In this document: positions 9,135 to 19,670 of the stretch, one piece after another
How positions within the stretch are numbered: position 1 is the first letter of the stretch
How the letters are laid out: the number at the start of each line of letters is the position of its first letter
DNA from: Phycisphaerales bacterium
GTDB taxonomy: Bacteria; Planctomycetota; Phycisphaerae; WQYP01
Direction: 5' to 3'
NCBI GenBank assembly: GCA_027451365.1
Contig: DAIDJN010000083.1
Span: forward strand, 1 to 32,709
DNA: 32,709 bases
Position numbers and translations under genes: made by a program
The notes under the pieces: model-generated
The model's database searches: none
The model's input: only the letters and a program-made list of their open reading frames with translations
What the model was told of the DNA's origin: nothing

Positions 9135-9545
9135 ATGCGTAACAGCCTCATCAGTCATGTAGAATCCAAGCATTTGCGGGCAACCCCGATCGCGTTTGAT
9201 ATTGGCGATCTGGTGGATGTACACTGCAAAATCGTGGAGGGCGACAAAGAGCGTGTGCAGGTGTTTTCCGGCACCATTATTTCCCGCAAGGGGGCGGGTA
9301 TTAATTCCAGTTTTACGGTGCGCCGCATTGTGAACAATGAAGGCGTCGAGCGTATCTTCCCAACCCATTCCCCCAAAATCGAAAAGCTGGAAATTCGCCG
9401 CAGCAGCAAAGTCCGTCGCGCCAAGCTTTACTATTTGCGCGATCTGACCGGCAAGGCTACCCGGCTGAAGGAAGGCGCTCCAATCGTTCCTTCGGATACC
9501 CCGGCGGTTACAGCTCCGGCAGGCGAAGCCCCAGCAGCGTCCTGA
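9135..9545 (+). CDS. rplS: 50S ribosomal protein L19
   Basis: [46 protein letters not shown] motifs. GGAG RBS. Confidence 0.97.
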   Translation: MRNSLISHVESKHLRATPIAFDIGDLVDVHCKIVEGDKERVQVFSGTIISRKGAGINSSFTVRRIVNNEGVERIFPTHSPKIEKLEIRRSSKVRRAKLYYLRDLTGKATRLKEGAPIVPSDTPAVTAPAGEAPAAS

Positions 9546-9681
9546 ATCCGCTCATACTTGCATCACATTCCATGGCGTTCATCGGCAGCGCATGCGCCGA
9601 TCCGCTTTCATGCGCGCCGGGTTAAGGTCTTGGAGCGCGGCCATATCGCAGCGCGGCGGCGCGTTGGAGAAAGGCTGTTGA

Positions 9682-10239
9682 TCAGCCTGGTTTAGATTGA
9701 TCCGCCGGCGCGACAAGTTCAAACAGGTCCTGGTCGCGGTTATAGGAAAAAATTTCGGCATAGCGGCCCCAGTTTAAAACGGCATCGTACTGCGGTTTGG
9801 CGCGTTCGGTGGGAAGTATGCGCTGAATTTCCTCCATAATTTCCTGGCGCGTGGCGCCCTTGTTTTCTCGCTGGGCAAGAAAGTTCTGAAAATGGACAAA
9901 CAGCGGCAAATTTCGCACCTGACCCGCAATAAGTTTTTTCTTTTCGTTTACCGGCACTTCGATCATCTGTTTCCCAAGCGGCAGCATGACCAGATCACCG
10001 CCCGGTGTGTCCACAAAACCCAGCACTTCCGCCGCTTTGATAATCAGCAGCAGTTCCCCAAAGCTGTCCCGCAGTTCGCGTGCCAGCTTATAAATATCCT
10101 CTTTGCCGCCGTGGTCATCCAGCATTTCAAGCAGTCCCAGCACTTTGCTTAGACCGGTGGGGGGGACCGGCACAACAGGCAATTCATGCTTTTGCGGCTG
10201 TTCGGCAAACTGTGACGGGTCGTTGGTGTTATCGCTCAT
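9682..10239 (-). CDS. Stand-alone AAA-associated C-terminal domain protein (AAA_assoc_C-like) of a NitT/TauT ABC system
   Basis: GLLEML..GGKEDIYKLA, AAEVLGF...GD, and LNWGRYAEIFSY match the domain normally found at the C-terminus of these ATPases. Own RBS AAGGAG at 10248-10253. Confidence 0.8.
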   Translation of the reverse strand: MSDNTNDPSQFAEQPQKHELPVVPVPPTGLSKVLGLLEMLDDHGGKEDIYKLARELRDSFGELLLIIKAAEVLGFVDTPGGDLVMLPLGKQMIEVPVNEKKKLIAGQVRNLPLFVHFQNFLAQRENKGATRQEIMEEIQRILPTERAKPQYDAVLNWGRYAEIFSYNRDQDLFELVAPADQSKPG

Positions 10240-10262
10240 GGTATAAGCTCCTTAGGGCCAGA

Positions 10263-11015
10263 TTAAATCTCGGCCATCAGACTGAAAATGGAATCCACAT
10301 AGCGGCTGAATTGCTCTGAATTCTTATGCCTTGGCCGGGTTATAGCAATGTCAATATCAGCCACAATCCGTCCGGGACGGCCGCCAATGAGTACCACACG
10401 GTCAGCGAGTTCAACGGCTTCTTCAATATTGTGCGTGACCATAATCACGGTGCTGACCGCCAGATTGGGGTCAGCCCAGATATCGAGGAGTTCCTCGCGC
10501 AGGTTAATGCTGGTAAGGGGGTCCAGGGCGCTGAAGGGTTCATCCATTAGCAGAAGCTCCGGCTCCACACTTAGTGCACGTGCAATGCCCACCCGCTGCT
10601 TCATGCCTCCGGACAGTTCTCGCGGATAAGCGGCTTCAAATCCGTCCAGCCCGACTTTATCAATATAATATGCCGCGCGCTTTTTTGCGTCCGACAATGG
10701 CATTCCGCGAGCTTCCAGCGCCAGCAGGACATTCTGGGTTACGGTAAGCCATGGCAGCAGCGCAAAATTCTGAAATACCAGAGCGCATTCCAGATTGATG
10801 CCCATCAGCGGCTTATCTTTAAAATAGACCCGTCCCCTGGTCGGCGGCAGGAGACCGTTAATAAGCCGCAGCGTGGTGGATTTGCCACAGCCGGAAGGGC
10901 CTACCAGGCAGACAAACTGTCCGGCGTCAACACTCAGATTCATATCCGTGAGGATCGTTGCCGGCGGTCCGTCGCTCTGATAAATCTTGCTGATATCTTC
11001 AAGTCTTAAAAGCAT
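10263..11015 (-). CDS. ABC transporter ATP-binding protein, NitT/TauT family
   Basis: Walker [19 protein letters not shown], signature LSGGMKQR, Walker [20 protein letters not shown]. Confidence 0.95.
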   Translation of the reverse strand: MLLRLEDISKIYQSDGPPATILTDMNLSVDAGQFVCLVGPSGCGKSTTLRLINGLLPPTRGRVYFKDKPLMGINLECALVFQNFALLPWLTVTQNVLLALEARGMPLSDAKKRAAYYIDKVGLDGFEAAYPRELSGGMKQRVGIARALSVEPELLLMDEPFSALDPLTSINLREELLDIWADPNLAVSTVIMVTHNIEEAVELADRVVLIGGRPGRIVADIDIAITRPRHKNSEQFSRYVDSIFSLMAEI

Positions 11016-11075
11016 GTATTACCTTGAATTCAGGTCCGAGATACATTTTAACATTTTCAGCGGCAGCCGGCCGCA

Positions 11076-12875
11076 TTAATAATCAAGCCGGAAACGGTCG
11101 ACCGCCCAGGCCTGCAGCCGTTTCCATAAAAGCCGGTTTAAAGCCACAATAAGCAGGATAAGACTGGCCACGCCCAGAAGCAAAAGAGATCCGCTTTCTC
11201 CTTTGGGAAGTGGCGTGCCGGAGGCAATGGGAGGATTGCTTCCGACCGATGCGACATCCAGCAGCCAGCCGATGCCCAGTACATGGTAATAGCGACTGGC
11301 GTAACTGATGGATTCGCTGAAAATAAGCGTGTTCCAGCCTCCGCCAAAGGCGGTAATGGTTCCAGTGAAAAGGGACGGAAGAATCGCCGGAAGAATCAGT
11401 TTTTTCCATTTCATCATACGAGGAAGACCCATGGCGTCGGTCGCTTCAATCAGGTCGCCGGGGATTCTGCTGATTCCGCCGAGCATATTGTAGAGAACAT
11501 ACCATTGCACGCCGTTCATCAGCAAAAACAGACAGGCAAGTTCCACACCCCATCGCGGGCCAAGATTCATGTGCCGCACAAATACGCTCACCACAATAAA
11601 CAGCAGTGCAATCGGCGGCATACTGGCCAGCGATTGGGATACCGATGAAAGAGCGCGAAGTGCCCGCGGACGTCTGCGCGCCCAGAGAACGGTCGGAATG
11701 ATCCACGCGAGGGATAGCAGATACGCCAAAAGAATCCGAAGATATGACCGCGCGATGGCCTCGGGAATGAGTCTGGCCAGGGGCGACACGCCAGCAGCGA
11801 TAACATGCCATGAATAAAACCCGCCGCCCAGAACCAGTACGACTATTGTCAGCCAGCCGACCAGGCGCTGGCTGGCGTTCCACAGACGGACCACTGGCCG
11901 CACCACTTCAATGCGTGGCAATGTAATGCCGCTGGCTGTGCCATGAAGGCGGCGCAGAAATCGGCTGGTCGCCCGATTCATGGGATGGACGATATAGTCC
12001 ATGGCCAGTCGCGGTACCCGCCCCTTTTGATACCAGCCCAGAATTCCCCGATGATCGCGCGAAAGCGTGGAGACTGACATTTCATATTTAAAACGTTCCG
12101 CCCAGACCCCTAGCGGTCTCCATATAAAAAATTCCATCAACAGCACAATCAGCATCAGTGTGCCGGCCCCCATGCAGTTGTATAAAATCGGATGGCGCGA
12201 ATCAACCGCCTGTCCCAGAAAACTACCAAGCCCTGGCAGCGTGATATTTTGATTTCCAACCGTCAGAATTTCACATGCCGTCAGGGCGAACCAGCCCGCG
12301 GCCCAACTGACGATGCTGTTGTATAACAATCCTGGAATGCAGACTGGCAGTGTGATGGCAAAGAACCTTTGCGAGCCGCGAATACCGAAGCTCTCGGCCG
12401 CTTCCACCGTTTGCGGCGGCATCATGCGCAGACTTTCATAAACGGAAAATGCCATATTCCAAGCCATTCCGGTGAAAATCAGCACGATAGCGCTGAATTC
12501 CATTCCCAGCCGTCCGCCACCAAAAACCGCCGCCGCGACCGCAAGTGCGGCGGGAAAGAAACTGACAATAGGAATGGATTGAAGAATATCCAGCACGGGC
12601 AGAATAATTCGTTCGGCTTTGCGGTTGCGTGCGGCGTAAATTCCGACGCTTAAAGAAAAAAGGAGGGAAACGATATATGCCACGATCATTCGGCTCAGGG
12701 ATTCCACGGCGTCCAGTGGAAGTTGCCACGCCCGCACCGGAACGTGAACATGACTTAATACGCTCCGCTGAAGCAGCCCGGCCAGCAATGCCGCTCCAAG
12801 CAGGACCAAGGCGGCGGCAACCCAATAGCCGATCACATTGGATCGATGCGGCTGGGTTTCCTCCAGGGTTGCCAT
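11076..12875 (-). CDS. ABC transporter permease with two fused transmembrane domains (NitT/TauT family)
   Basis: Two EAA loops (EAAESFG, EATDAMG), LDILQSIP, LPGLGSFL and GGGWN motifs, many hydrophobic helices. Start ambiguous (12875 with GGAG, 12893 or 12950). Confidence 0.92.
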   Translation of the reverse strand: MATLEETQPHRSNVIGYWVAAALVLLGAALLAGLLQRSVLSHVHVPVRAWQLPLDAVESLSRMIVAYIVSLLFSLSVGIYAARNRKAERIILPVLDILQSIPIVSFFPAALAVAAAVFGGGRLGMEFSAIVLIFTGMAWNMAFSVYESLRMMPPQTVEAAESFGIRGSQRFFAITLPVCIPGLLYNSIVSWAAGWFALTACEILTVGNQNITLPGLGSFLGQAVDSRHPILYNCMGAGTLMLIVLLMEFFIWRPLGVWAERFKYEMSVSTLSRDHRGILGWYQKGRVPRLAMDYIVHPMNRATSRFLRRLHGTASGITLPRIEVVRPVVRLWNASQRLVGWLTIVVLVLGGGFYSWHVIAAGVSPLARLIPEAIARSYLRILLAYLLSLAWIIPTVLWARRRPRALRALSSVSQSLASMPPIALLFIVVSVFVRHMNLGPRWGVELACLFLLMNGVQWYVLYNMLGGISRIPGDLIEATDAMGLPRMMKWKKLILPAILPSLFTGTITAFGGGWNTLIFSESISYASRYYHVLGIGWLLDVASVGSNPPIASGTPLPKGESGSLLLLGVASLILLIVALNRLLWKRLQAWAVDRFRLDY

Positions 12876-12958
12876 AGTCGAATGCTCCGCCATACTGTCA
12901 GTTCCGGCCCATTTCCTTTCCGCGGCGATGCAGCCACGCAGGTGTGCCATGGGTTGGG

Positions 12959-12986
12959 ATTATACGGCGTAATCGGCTGGTGTCAC
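12959..12986 (-). promoter_or_regulatory. Sigma70-type promoter for the ABC operon
   Basis: Minus strand GTGACA-16 nt-TATAAT. Confidence 0.6.
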
Positions 12987-13456
12987 GAGTGCATGTAAGG
13001 AATTGGATAGGATGCGGCCTACGAACAGATTCGTCGGGGAAAACAGTTCGCGGCTTGAGCGCTACGCGTAACGCGCTGCGGCGGCCAGGACGACTTGGCA
13101 TTGCATTCATTTATTTCAAGTGACTGAATTTTGGTTAATCGGCCAAAAGCGGGAAGGCACAGGGGTGCCACGCGCCGATCAATATGATTAAATCGCCTGA
13201 ATCAACACTCCCGCGGCATCTTTGTTCACCGGATGCATGATAATGCTACCGAATGCACCGCCCCGATACCGACGGGTGAGAAAGGATGCAGGTAAATAAA
13301 GGACCGCCCGGAATGTCCTGGCCCAAGCCATTCATGCGTGGCGGCGATCCTCCCAAACAATTTAACCTGACATAAGGATTCATTCCCGTTTCGGGATTCC
13401 ATGCCGGCGGTGGCATATTGCCAATTGCCGGGCCATTTGCGGGTTGTGAAGGTACC

Positions 13457-15313
13457 TTATTTTTCGACAAATCCAATCGGAGCGGCCAGCATAACCTGAT
13501 CTGACTCCAGCACATGGAGCAGATCAATCATCTGCAGCGTGGTGTTGCGGTAGGGCCGCGGCATTCCAGAAATAACCATGTTTAGGCCCATAGGCAATTC
13601 AGTACTTATGCCGAGTTTTTCCCGAATCATTTGGGCGAAACTATGTGCTTGCGGATAGACCAGCACCTGATAGTCGCCTTTGACGTGTGCAGTTCTGGCT
13701 GCGGCAGTTATGACGCTGCTCAAGGAACCGACCCGGTCCACCAAGCCGGCTTTTATAGCGGCTTGTCCGGCAAAAAGGCGGCCGCGCGCGACAGCCTGAA
13801 TATTGGCGATTTTACCGTGGCGGGCTTCCATGACCCGGCGCGTGAACAGGGCGTAGGTGCGTCGCATAAGCTCTGTGACATATGTGCGTTGTTCAGGCGT
13901 GAAGGATTCTGTGGGATTAAAGAGGCCGGCGTTCTTGCCTTTGGCAAAGGTTTCCAGACCGATGCCGAGCTTTTTAAGGAGATTGCCATACACCACTTTT
14001 CCGCCGACCACACCGATGGAACCCGCAATCGTGCCTGGGTCCGCGGTAATGCTGGATCCGGCGGTGGAAATATAATAGCCTCCGCTGGCAGCTTCCGCGC
14101 CCATGGAGACGCTGAGCGGCTTGATTTTTCCGGCGGCATGAAGAATCTGCCAAATGTCTTCACTGGCTTCTGCTGAACCGCCGGGGGAATCGACCCGCAG
14201 TACGATGGCTTTAACATGTGAATTGTCCAGAGCCTTATTAATCTGCCGACGAATCATGGCCGGGGTGATAATGGCGTCATTGCGGGAGTTGGTGGCCGAA
14301 TTATCCATAATCACGCCATCTGCACAGATAACGGCAATAGCGGTTTTATTAGATACATGTTGATGGGATGGCGTCCCAAGCAACTGAAAAAGGGCCAGCG
14401 GACTGCTTAAGTCTACGGGATGATGCACATCCCCTTTCAGGTGCCTAACCAGAACGCAGCCGCCGGTGAAATGCTTTTCCAGCCAGGGTTTAACCCGTTG
14501 GGGTGTAAGCAGATGATCCACGAGGCCGAGTTTGCCAGCCGCGGACGCTTCCATCCAGCCGTTATCTATGGCGGTTTTCACTTTGGCCGGCGCGATGTTG
14601 CGGTTCTTGGCGATGGTTTGCACAATCTGGCCATACCATGCGTCTACCAGACCTTGAATCTGTGCGGCAAATGCCGGGCTTGCCGACTCACGGGTCAGCG
14701 GTTCTTCGGCACCTTTGAATTTACCGATCTGGACCATATCGGCATGGATATGGAATTTAGCCAGGATACCCTTAAAGAACATTAGCTGCAGCGCAACACC
14801 GGGAAGAAACATGTCTCCGTGTTTAGCCATCATGACGGTATTGGCGTAGCTGGCCATCAGATAGGTGTTGGTGTCGAAGTTCGAAGCGTATACGGCGACC
14901 TGTTTGTGGGCTTTGCGAAGGTGTACTATCAGGCCACCAAGTTCCTGCGCCTGGGTGAGGCTAAGAGAGAACGATTTAAGATCAAAATAAACCCCATCCA
15001 CCGCTGGATTTTTGGCGATACTGTCAAGCCTGGTCATCAGTTGTGTCAGCGAAGGCTGATGGCTTGGGCCAAGATTAAAAAGCGAAAGCGAAAAGCCCTG
15101 CGGACGGGAAAGCAACTGGCCTTCGAGCGTTATTTCCGCAACCCGATGAGCGGCCGGTGCGACGGCACGCGCCTGCGGCACTGCGGTTCCGATGAAGCCG
15201 GCCGCTCCAACCGCGGCAGCAAGGGCGCAAAGTCCGGAGACTGCCGGAGTTTGCAGGAATTTAAATACAATGTGTTTTCGGCCAGTAGGTCGGAAAATGG
15301 AAAAGGGATTCAT
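13457..15313 (-). CDS. sppA: Signal peptide peptidase SppA (protease IV, two-domain type)
   Basis: GKFKGAEEP, LRVDSPGGS, AASGGYY, GSIGV, GLVD motifs, N-terminal hydrophobic signal. ATG 15313 follows GGAG. Confidence 0.92.
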   Translation of the reverse strand: MNPFSIFRPTGRKHIVFKFLQTPAVSGLCALAAAVGAAGFIGTAVPQARAVAPAAHRVAEITLEGQLLSRPQGFSLSLFNLGPSHQPSLTQLMTRLDSIAKNPAVDGVYFDLKSFSLSLTQAQELGGLIVHLRKAHKQVAVYASNFDTNTYLMASYANTVMMAKHGDMFLPGVALQLMFFKGILAKFHIHADMVQIGKFKGAEEPLTRESASPAFAAQIQGLVDAWYGQIVQTIAKNRNIAPAKVKTAIDNGWMEASAAGKLGLVDHLLTPQRVKPWLEKHFTGGCVLVRHLKGDVHHPVDLSSPLALFQLLGTPSHQHVSNKTAIAVICADGVIMDNSATNSRNDAIITPAMIRRQINKALDNSHVKAIVLRVDSPGGSAEASEDIWQILHAAGKIKPLSVSMGAEAASGGYYISTAGSSITADPGTIAGSIGVVGGKVVYGNLLKKLGIGLETFAKGKNAGLFNPTESFTPEQRTYVTELMRRTYALFTRRVMEARHGKIANIQAVARGRLFAGQAAIKAGLVDRVGSLSSVITAAARTAHVKGDYQVLVYPQAHSFAQMIREKLGISTELPMGLNMVISGMPRPYRNTTLQMIDLLHVLESDQVMLAAPIGFVEK

Positions 15314-15469
15314 AAAAGCGCTCCATTTCAAATGCCACCTATGACGGTGCCCGGGCGATTCAATTGGCTCCAAGGAAGAATCCGACCACCGGCATTTTCA
15401 GATGACCCATATTGTAGCCTAAGTCGCGCCGGAAAAGCCAATGCTATTGGTGATTTTTTTGACAGGGGC

Positions 15470-16585
15470 TTAGCGGAGTTTAACGGTTGCCAGTCCGATG
15501 GCGGCGAAAAAGATGGAAAGCAGCCAGAAACGAACCACAATCTGTGGTTCAGACCAGCCTTTAAGGTGAAAATGGTGATGGATCGGGCTGCAGAGAAAAA
15601 CACGTTTGCCGCCGCTCATGCGAAAGTAAGTGGTTTGGATAAGGACGCTGAGGGCTTCAAACACAAAAATGCCACCGACAAGCAATAGCATCGGTTCCTG
15701 GCGAATCACAATGGCAACATAGCCGATCACCCCACCGAGCGCCAGCGAGCCGGTATCACCCATGAAAACCGATGCCGGATTGCAGTTGTACCAGAGGAAG
15801 CCGAGGCACGAACCGGTCATGGCGCCGCAGACGATGGCCAGTTCGCCGCAGTGGCGGATGTGGTTGAAATGGAGACTGCTGGCCCAGCGGGCGTCGCCGG
15901 TGACATAGGCGAGCGCCATAAAGGCGAAACTGACAATTGCCACGCAGCCGCTGGCCAGTCCATCCATGCCATCGGTCAGATTCACCGCGTTGCTGGTGCC
16001 GGTTATGACGACGATGGCGATAATTGCGAAAAGGGAGGCGGGCAGGACAATGTCCCGCGGCAGGAGGGGCCAATTGAGGTAATGAGCTTCCTGGTAACCG
16101 CCATAATGATAGACGAAAATGGCCAGCACCATTCCCAGTCCAATTTGAAAGAGCATTTTTTCCCACCAGTACAGGCCGTCACGCGAACCGGGGTTACGGC
16201 GTTTGGCGGTCAGTTTAAGCCAGTCGTCAAATGCGCCTACGCCCATGAGCGGAATCATGCAGACCATGGCCCCGATGACGTAGAAATTGTTGACCCGGGC
16301 AAACACAAGCGTGGTAAGCAGAATAGCCCCCATGATGAGAATGCCGCCCATGGTGGGGGTGTTGCCCTTGTTGGCGGTCATACTGTTGAGCTTTTCGTTG
16401 TTGTATTCGGGAATATCGCCAAGTTTCTGTTTACGCAACCATTGAATGACGGGCTTGCCGGCGAGTACCACCACAATGAAACTGAAAATAACTGAAAGCA
16501 CCGACCGGAATATAACCATGCGGACCGGAAAGCCGTGGTTGATCCAGTGGTGTGCGGCAAGGAACGAATAAAGCAGATAAAGCAA
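15470..16585 (-). CDS. mraY: Phospho-N-acetylmuramoyl-pentapeptide transferase
   Basis: KGNTPTMGG, SNAVNLTDGMDGLA, FMGDTGSL, PIHHHF motifs. TTG start after GGAG. Confidence 0.97.
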   Translation of the reverse strand: MLYLLYSFLAAHHWINHGFPVRMVIFRSVLSVIFSFIVVVLAGKPVIQWLRKQKLGDIPEYNNEKLNSMTANKGNTPTMGGILIMGAILLTTLVFARVNNFYVIGAMVCMIPLMGVGAFDDWLKLTAKRRNPGSRDGLYWWEKMLFQIGLGMVLAIFVYHYGGYQEAHYLNWPLLPRDIVLPASLFAIIAIVVITGTSNAVNLTDGMDGLASGCVAIVSFAFMALAYVTGDARWASSLHFNHIRHCGELAIVCGAMTGSCLGFLWYNCNPASVFMGDTGSLALGGVIGYVAIVIRQEPMLLLVGGIFVFEALSVLIQTTYFRMSGGKRVFLCSPIHHHFHLKGWSEPQIVVRFWLLSIFFAAIGLATVKLR

Positions 16586-16609
16586 GGGCTGGTCTCCAAA
16601 AAATCGGAA

Positions 16610-18049
16610 TCATTTGGCCTGCTGCGCGGCGTAAGCCATTGGTGCGACCGGCGCGTCGTGTGGCAGATTTTCCAAAGCGCGTTCCATTCGCATGGATCGT
16701 GACCCTTTTAACAGAATGACATCCGCGGTGTGCAAAAGGCCCGGAAGTGCGTCACCCGCAGCAACGGCATCGGGAAAATGATGGGACGGTCTTCCTGCGG
16801 CAAGCATTTGGTTGTGCGCGGCTCGCATCATTGGTCCCACGGCAAGTAGAACATCGATCGCGGTCGACGCCACCAGGCGTCCGATTTCGCAGTGGAATTC
16901 CGCAGAACGCGGACCGAGTTCCAGCATGTCGCCCAGAATTGCCACGCGGCGGCCCGCAACAGTATTGGCGCAGGGATGGGCTAAGCGGATAAACGTTTCC
17001 AATGCGGCGGTCATGCTAGTGGGATTGGCATTGTAGGCGTCGTTGATAATGCGATGCCCGCCACGGCTCTGGATTTCCAGTCGCATGGATGCGGGCTTGA
17101 GTTGATTCAGGCCGGCGGAAATTTCGTCATCGGTCAGGCCAAGTCTTCGGGCGACGGCCATTGCCAGCAGGACATTAAAAACATTGTGACGACCAAGCAG
17201 TGGAATTTCGACGCGCTGCCGGCCGTTAAGCAGGAAAGAGCATCCGTCCCATGTTTCGCAGATTTCCGAGGCGGTAAAATCCGCATCGCTTCCGGCCGGA
17301 CCGACGGTGACCCGCGGATGTTTGAAAAAACGCAGGGCCGCAAGCAATTCCGGCGACTGATTGGTGAGCATCAGCATGCCGGTGGCCGGAACGGAGCGGG
17401 CCAGAGACGCCTCTTCACGGGCCACAGTGGAAATATCTTTCAGGAATTCGAGGTGTTCCAGACCTATTCCGGTAATGACCGCAATATCAGGCACGGCGAC
17501 TTGGGCCAGAGCGGCTACTTCGCCGGGCGCGTTGGTGCCGATTTCCAGAACCGCGTATTCATGCTGCGGCTCAATAGACAATATGGTCAATGGCACACCG
17601 ATATTATTATTGAAGCTTTTCGGGCTGGCGACGCCGGAAAATCGCCGCTGCAGCAGTGTGTGAATCATTTGTTTGGTGGTGGTTTTTCCATTGGCACCAC
17701 CGACAGCCACGATTTTGGCCCTTACGTCGCGGCGGTAGGCCGCGGCAAGGCGGTTTAAAGCCCGAACGGTCTGGTCGGTCTGAAGAATGGCAATTGAATC
17801 GTGCGCGGCCTGGGCGAGGACCTGGGCGGATGGGGGTTGATCCACCAGTACGCCGGATACGCCAGCCGCAAGGACCTGAGGGAGAAACGCGTGGCCATCA
17901 TAATTCGGACCTTTGATGGCGATAAAAAAATCTCCCGGACTGACCTGGCGGGAGTCGGTGGAAATTTTTCCGCTGGCCGTGCGCGATCCTCGCGCAAGCC
18001 AGCGGGAAAGAGTCACGCGGCGGACCTGTTCATAGGGCCATGGTTTCAT
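16610..18049 (-). CDS. murF: UDP-MurNAc-tripeptide--D-Ala-D-Ala ligase
   Basis: STDSR, GANGKTTTK, SFNNNIGVP, NDAYNANPTSM, LGDMLELG, LKGSR motifs. ATGA overlap with murE. Confidence 0.96.
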   Translation of the reverse strand: MKPWPYEQVRRVTLSRWLARGSRTASGKISTDSRQVSPGDFFIAIKGPNYDGHAFLPQVLAAGVSGVLVDQPPSAQVLAQAAHDSIAILQTDQTVRALNRLAAAYRRDVRAKIVAVGGANGKTTTKQMIHTLLQRRFSGVASPKSFNNNIGVPLTILSIEPQHEYAVLEIGTNAPGEVAALAQVAVPDIAVITGIGLEHLEFLKDISTVAREEASLARSVPATGMLMLTNQSPELLAALRFFKHPRVTVGPAGSDADFTASEICETWDGCSFLLNGRQRVEIPLLGRHNVFNVLLAMAVARRLGLTDDEISAGLNQLKPASMRLEIQSRGGHRIINDAYNANPTSMTAALETFIRLAHPCANTVAGRRVAILGDMLELGPRSAEFHCEIGRLVASTAIDVLLAVGPMMRAAHNQMLAAGRPSHHFPDAVAAGDALPGLLHTADVILLKGSRSMRMERALENLPHDAPVAPMAYAAQQAK

Positions 18050-19626
18050 TGGTCACCCGCCTTTGCGTCGGCCGGTTGCTGGCGCACATTGGCATTGTCG
18101 GTCAATCGACGATGCAGCGCGGCTGCGGCGGTTTTCAGATCGTCAAACGGATGTTTGACGGTACCGATGATCTGATAATTTTCGTGTCCTTTTCCGGCGA
18201 TAAGTACAACATCACCGGGCCGGGCCATTTCAATGGCCGCGCCAATGGCTTCCCGCCGATCTGGACAGATGTGGACTCTCCGTCGGGCAGTTTCAGAAAA
18301 ACCCGTGAGAATCATATTCAGGATATCTTGCGGATTTTCGTTGCGGGGATTGTCCTGGGTTAAAAAAATATCATCGGCCAGTTGTTCCGCGACGCCGGCC
18401 ATTTTCGGGCGCTTTGTGACGTCCCGGTCCCCGCCACAGCCAAAAACCAGAATAATGCGGTTCCGGGTCCATGGGCGGACCGCGGATAGCACATTCTGCA
18501 GAGCGTCATGAGTGTGCGCGTAATCCACCAGAACATGGAAGGGCATATCGTGCGGGGAAATTCCGGGCAGGCGAACAGCTTCCAGGCGGCCGGGCACATG
18601 GTCAAGCTTTTCCAGGCCGGGAATAATATCTTGCCATTGCAGACCCGCGGCCCATGCGCCAGCCACCGCACAGAGAAGGTTTTGTGCGTTGTGCCGACCG
18701 ACCATGGAACTCCGAACCCTGTCGCTTTGGCCTTGCGGACCGGAAAGTTCAATGTCCATACCCGCGCCATTCAGGCGATGAATGCGGCCGGTGAAATCGG
18801 CCGGGCGGTCGAGTGCATAGGTGAGAATCCGAGCGCGACAGTCCTGTACCATACGGCGGTTCCAAGGGTCATCCGCGTTGATTACGGCGGAGGCTTCGGG
18901 CCGAAGGTCGGCGAAAAGACGAGCTTTGGCTTGGGCGTAATTTTCCATGGTGCCATGATAGTCCAGGTGGTCGCCGGTCAGATTACTGAACATGGCGACG
19001 CTGAAATTCAGGCCGGCAAGGCGGTCCTGCGCCAAGGCGTGGCTGCTGGCTTCCATCGCGGCGGCTTGGGCGCCATTTTTGACCATGCGGTCCAGCAGGG
19101 CGGCGAGGTCAACCGGTGCGGGCGTGGTCATGGAGCTTTCGGTGACTGTTTGGCAATCGTCGGTTTGCACAGTTCCAATAAGCCCGCATTTAAGCCCGGC
19201 GGCACGGAAAATGCCGCGCAAAAGAAAGGTCGTGGTGGTTTTGCCGTTGGTGCCGGTAACGGCAAGCAATTTGAGCTTTCGTGCGGGATTTCCGACTGTC
19301 TGCTGGGCAAGATGGCCCAGCATAACGGCCGGTTGATATGAGGCGATCGGCACCGCTCCGAATTTAGCGGCATGTTCGCCAAAATCCGCGGGCACAGAGT
19401 TTGGATTAAACACCACAGCCGCGGCACCGGCGGCGAGAGCCTTTTGCAGAAAAGCCGCGCCGTTGGCGTGCGTACCGGCGCGCGCGACAAAAATCGTCCC
19501 GGGCGCAGCAAGACGGGAATCTTCCACCACACCATCAATCTGTTTTTCAACAAAATGGTTCACCGTAAACAGGCCTGGTAAGGCTGCTTCCATTCCGTTG
19601 AGTAATTCAGAAAGTTGTATTGACAT
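18046..19626 (-). CDS. murE: UDP-MurNAc-L-Ala-D-Glu--2,6-diaminopimelate ligase
   Basis: VTGTNGKTT, MEASSH, DHLDYH, DYAHT, FGCGGDRD, DNPR (meso-DAP-type motif), AGKGHE. Confidence 0.97.
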   Translation of the reverse strand: MSIQLSELLNGMEAALPGLFTVNHFVEKQIDGVVEDSRLAAPGTIFVARAGTHANGAAFLQKALAAGAAAVVFNPNSVPADFGEHAAKFGAVPIASYQPAVMLGHLAQQTVGNPARKLKLLAVTGTNGKTTTTFLLRGIFRAAGLKCGLIGTVQTDDCQTVTESSMTTPAPVDLAALLDRMVKNGAQAAAMEASSHALAQDRLAGLNFSVAMFSNLTGDHLDYHGTMENYAQAKARLFADLRPEASAVINADDPWNRRMVQDCRARILTYALDRPADFTGRIHRLNGAGMDIELSGPQGQSDRVRSSMVGRHNAQNLLCAVAGAWAAGLQWQDIIPGLEKLDHVPGRLEAVRLPGISPHDMPFHVLVDYAHTHDALQNVLSAVRPWTRNRIILVFGCGGDRDVTKRPKMAGVAEQLADDIFLTQDNPRNENPQDILNMILTGFSETARRRVHICPDRREAIGAAIEMARPGDVVLIAGKGHENYQIIGTVKHPFDDLKTAAAALHRRLTDNANVRQQPADAKAGDQ

Positions 19627-19670
19627 ATATATCTTTCATGCTACGGAATATCGCGGCCATTTGGCGGCTG

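Noticed and set aside
12990..13456. Riboswitch or small gene between sppA and the ABC operon
   Set aside because: No recognisable aptamer consensus, and the predicted ABC promoter lies downstream of this region. The short ORFs lack supporting features.
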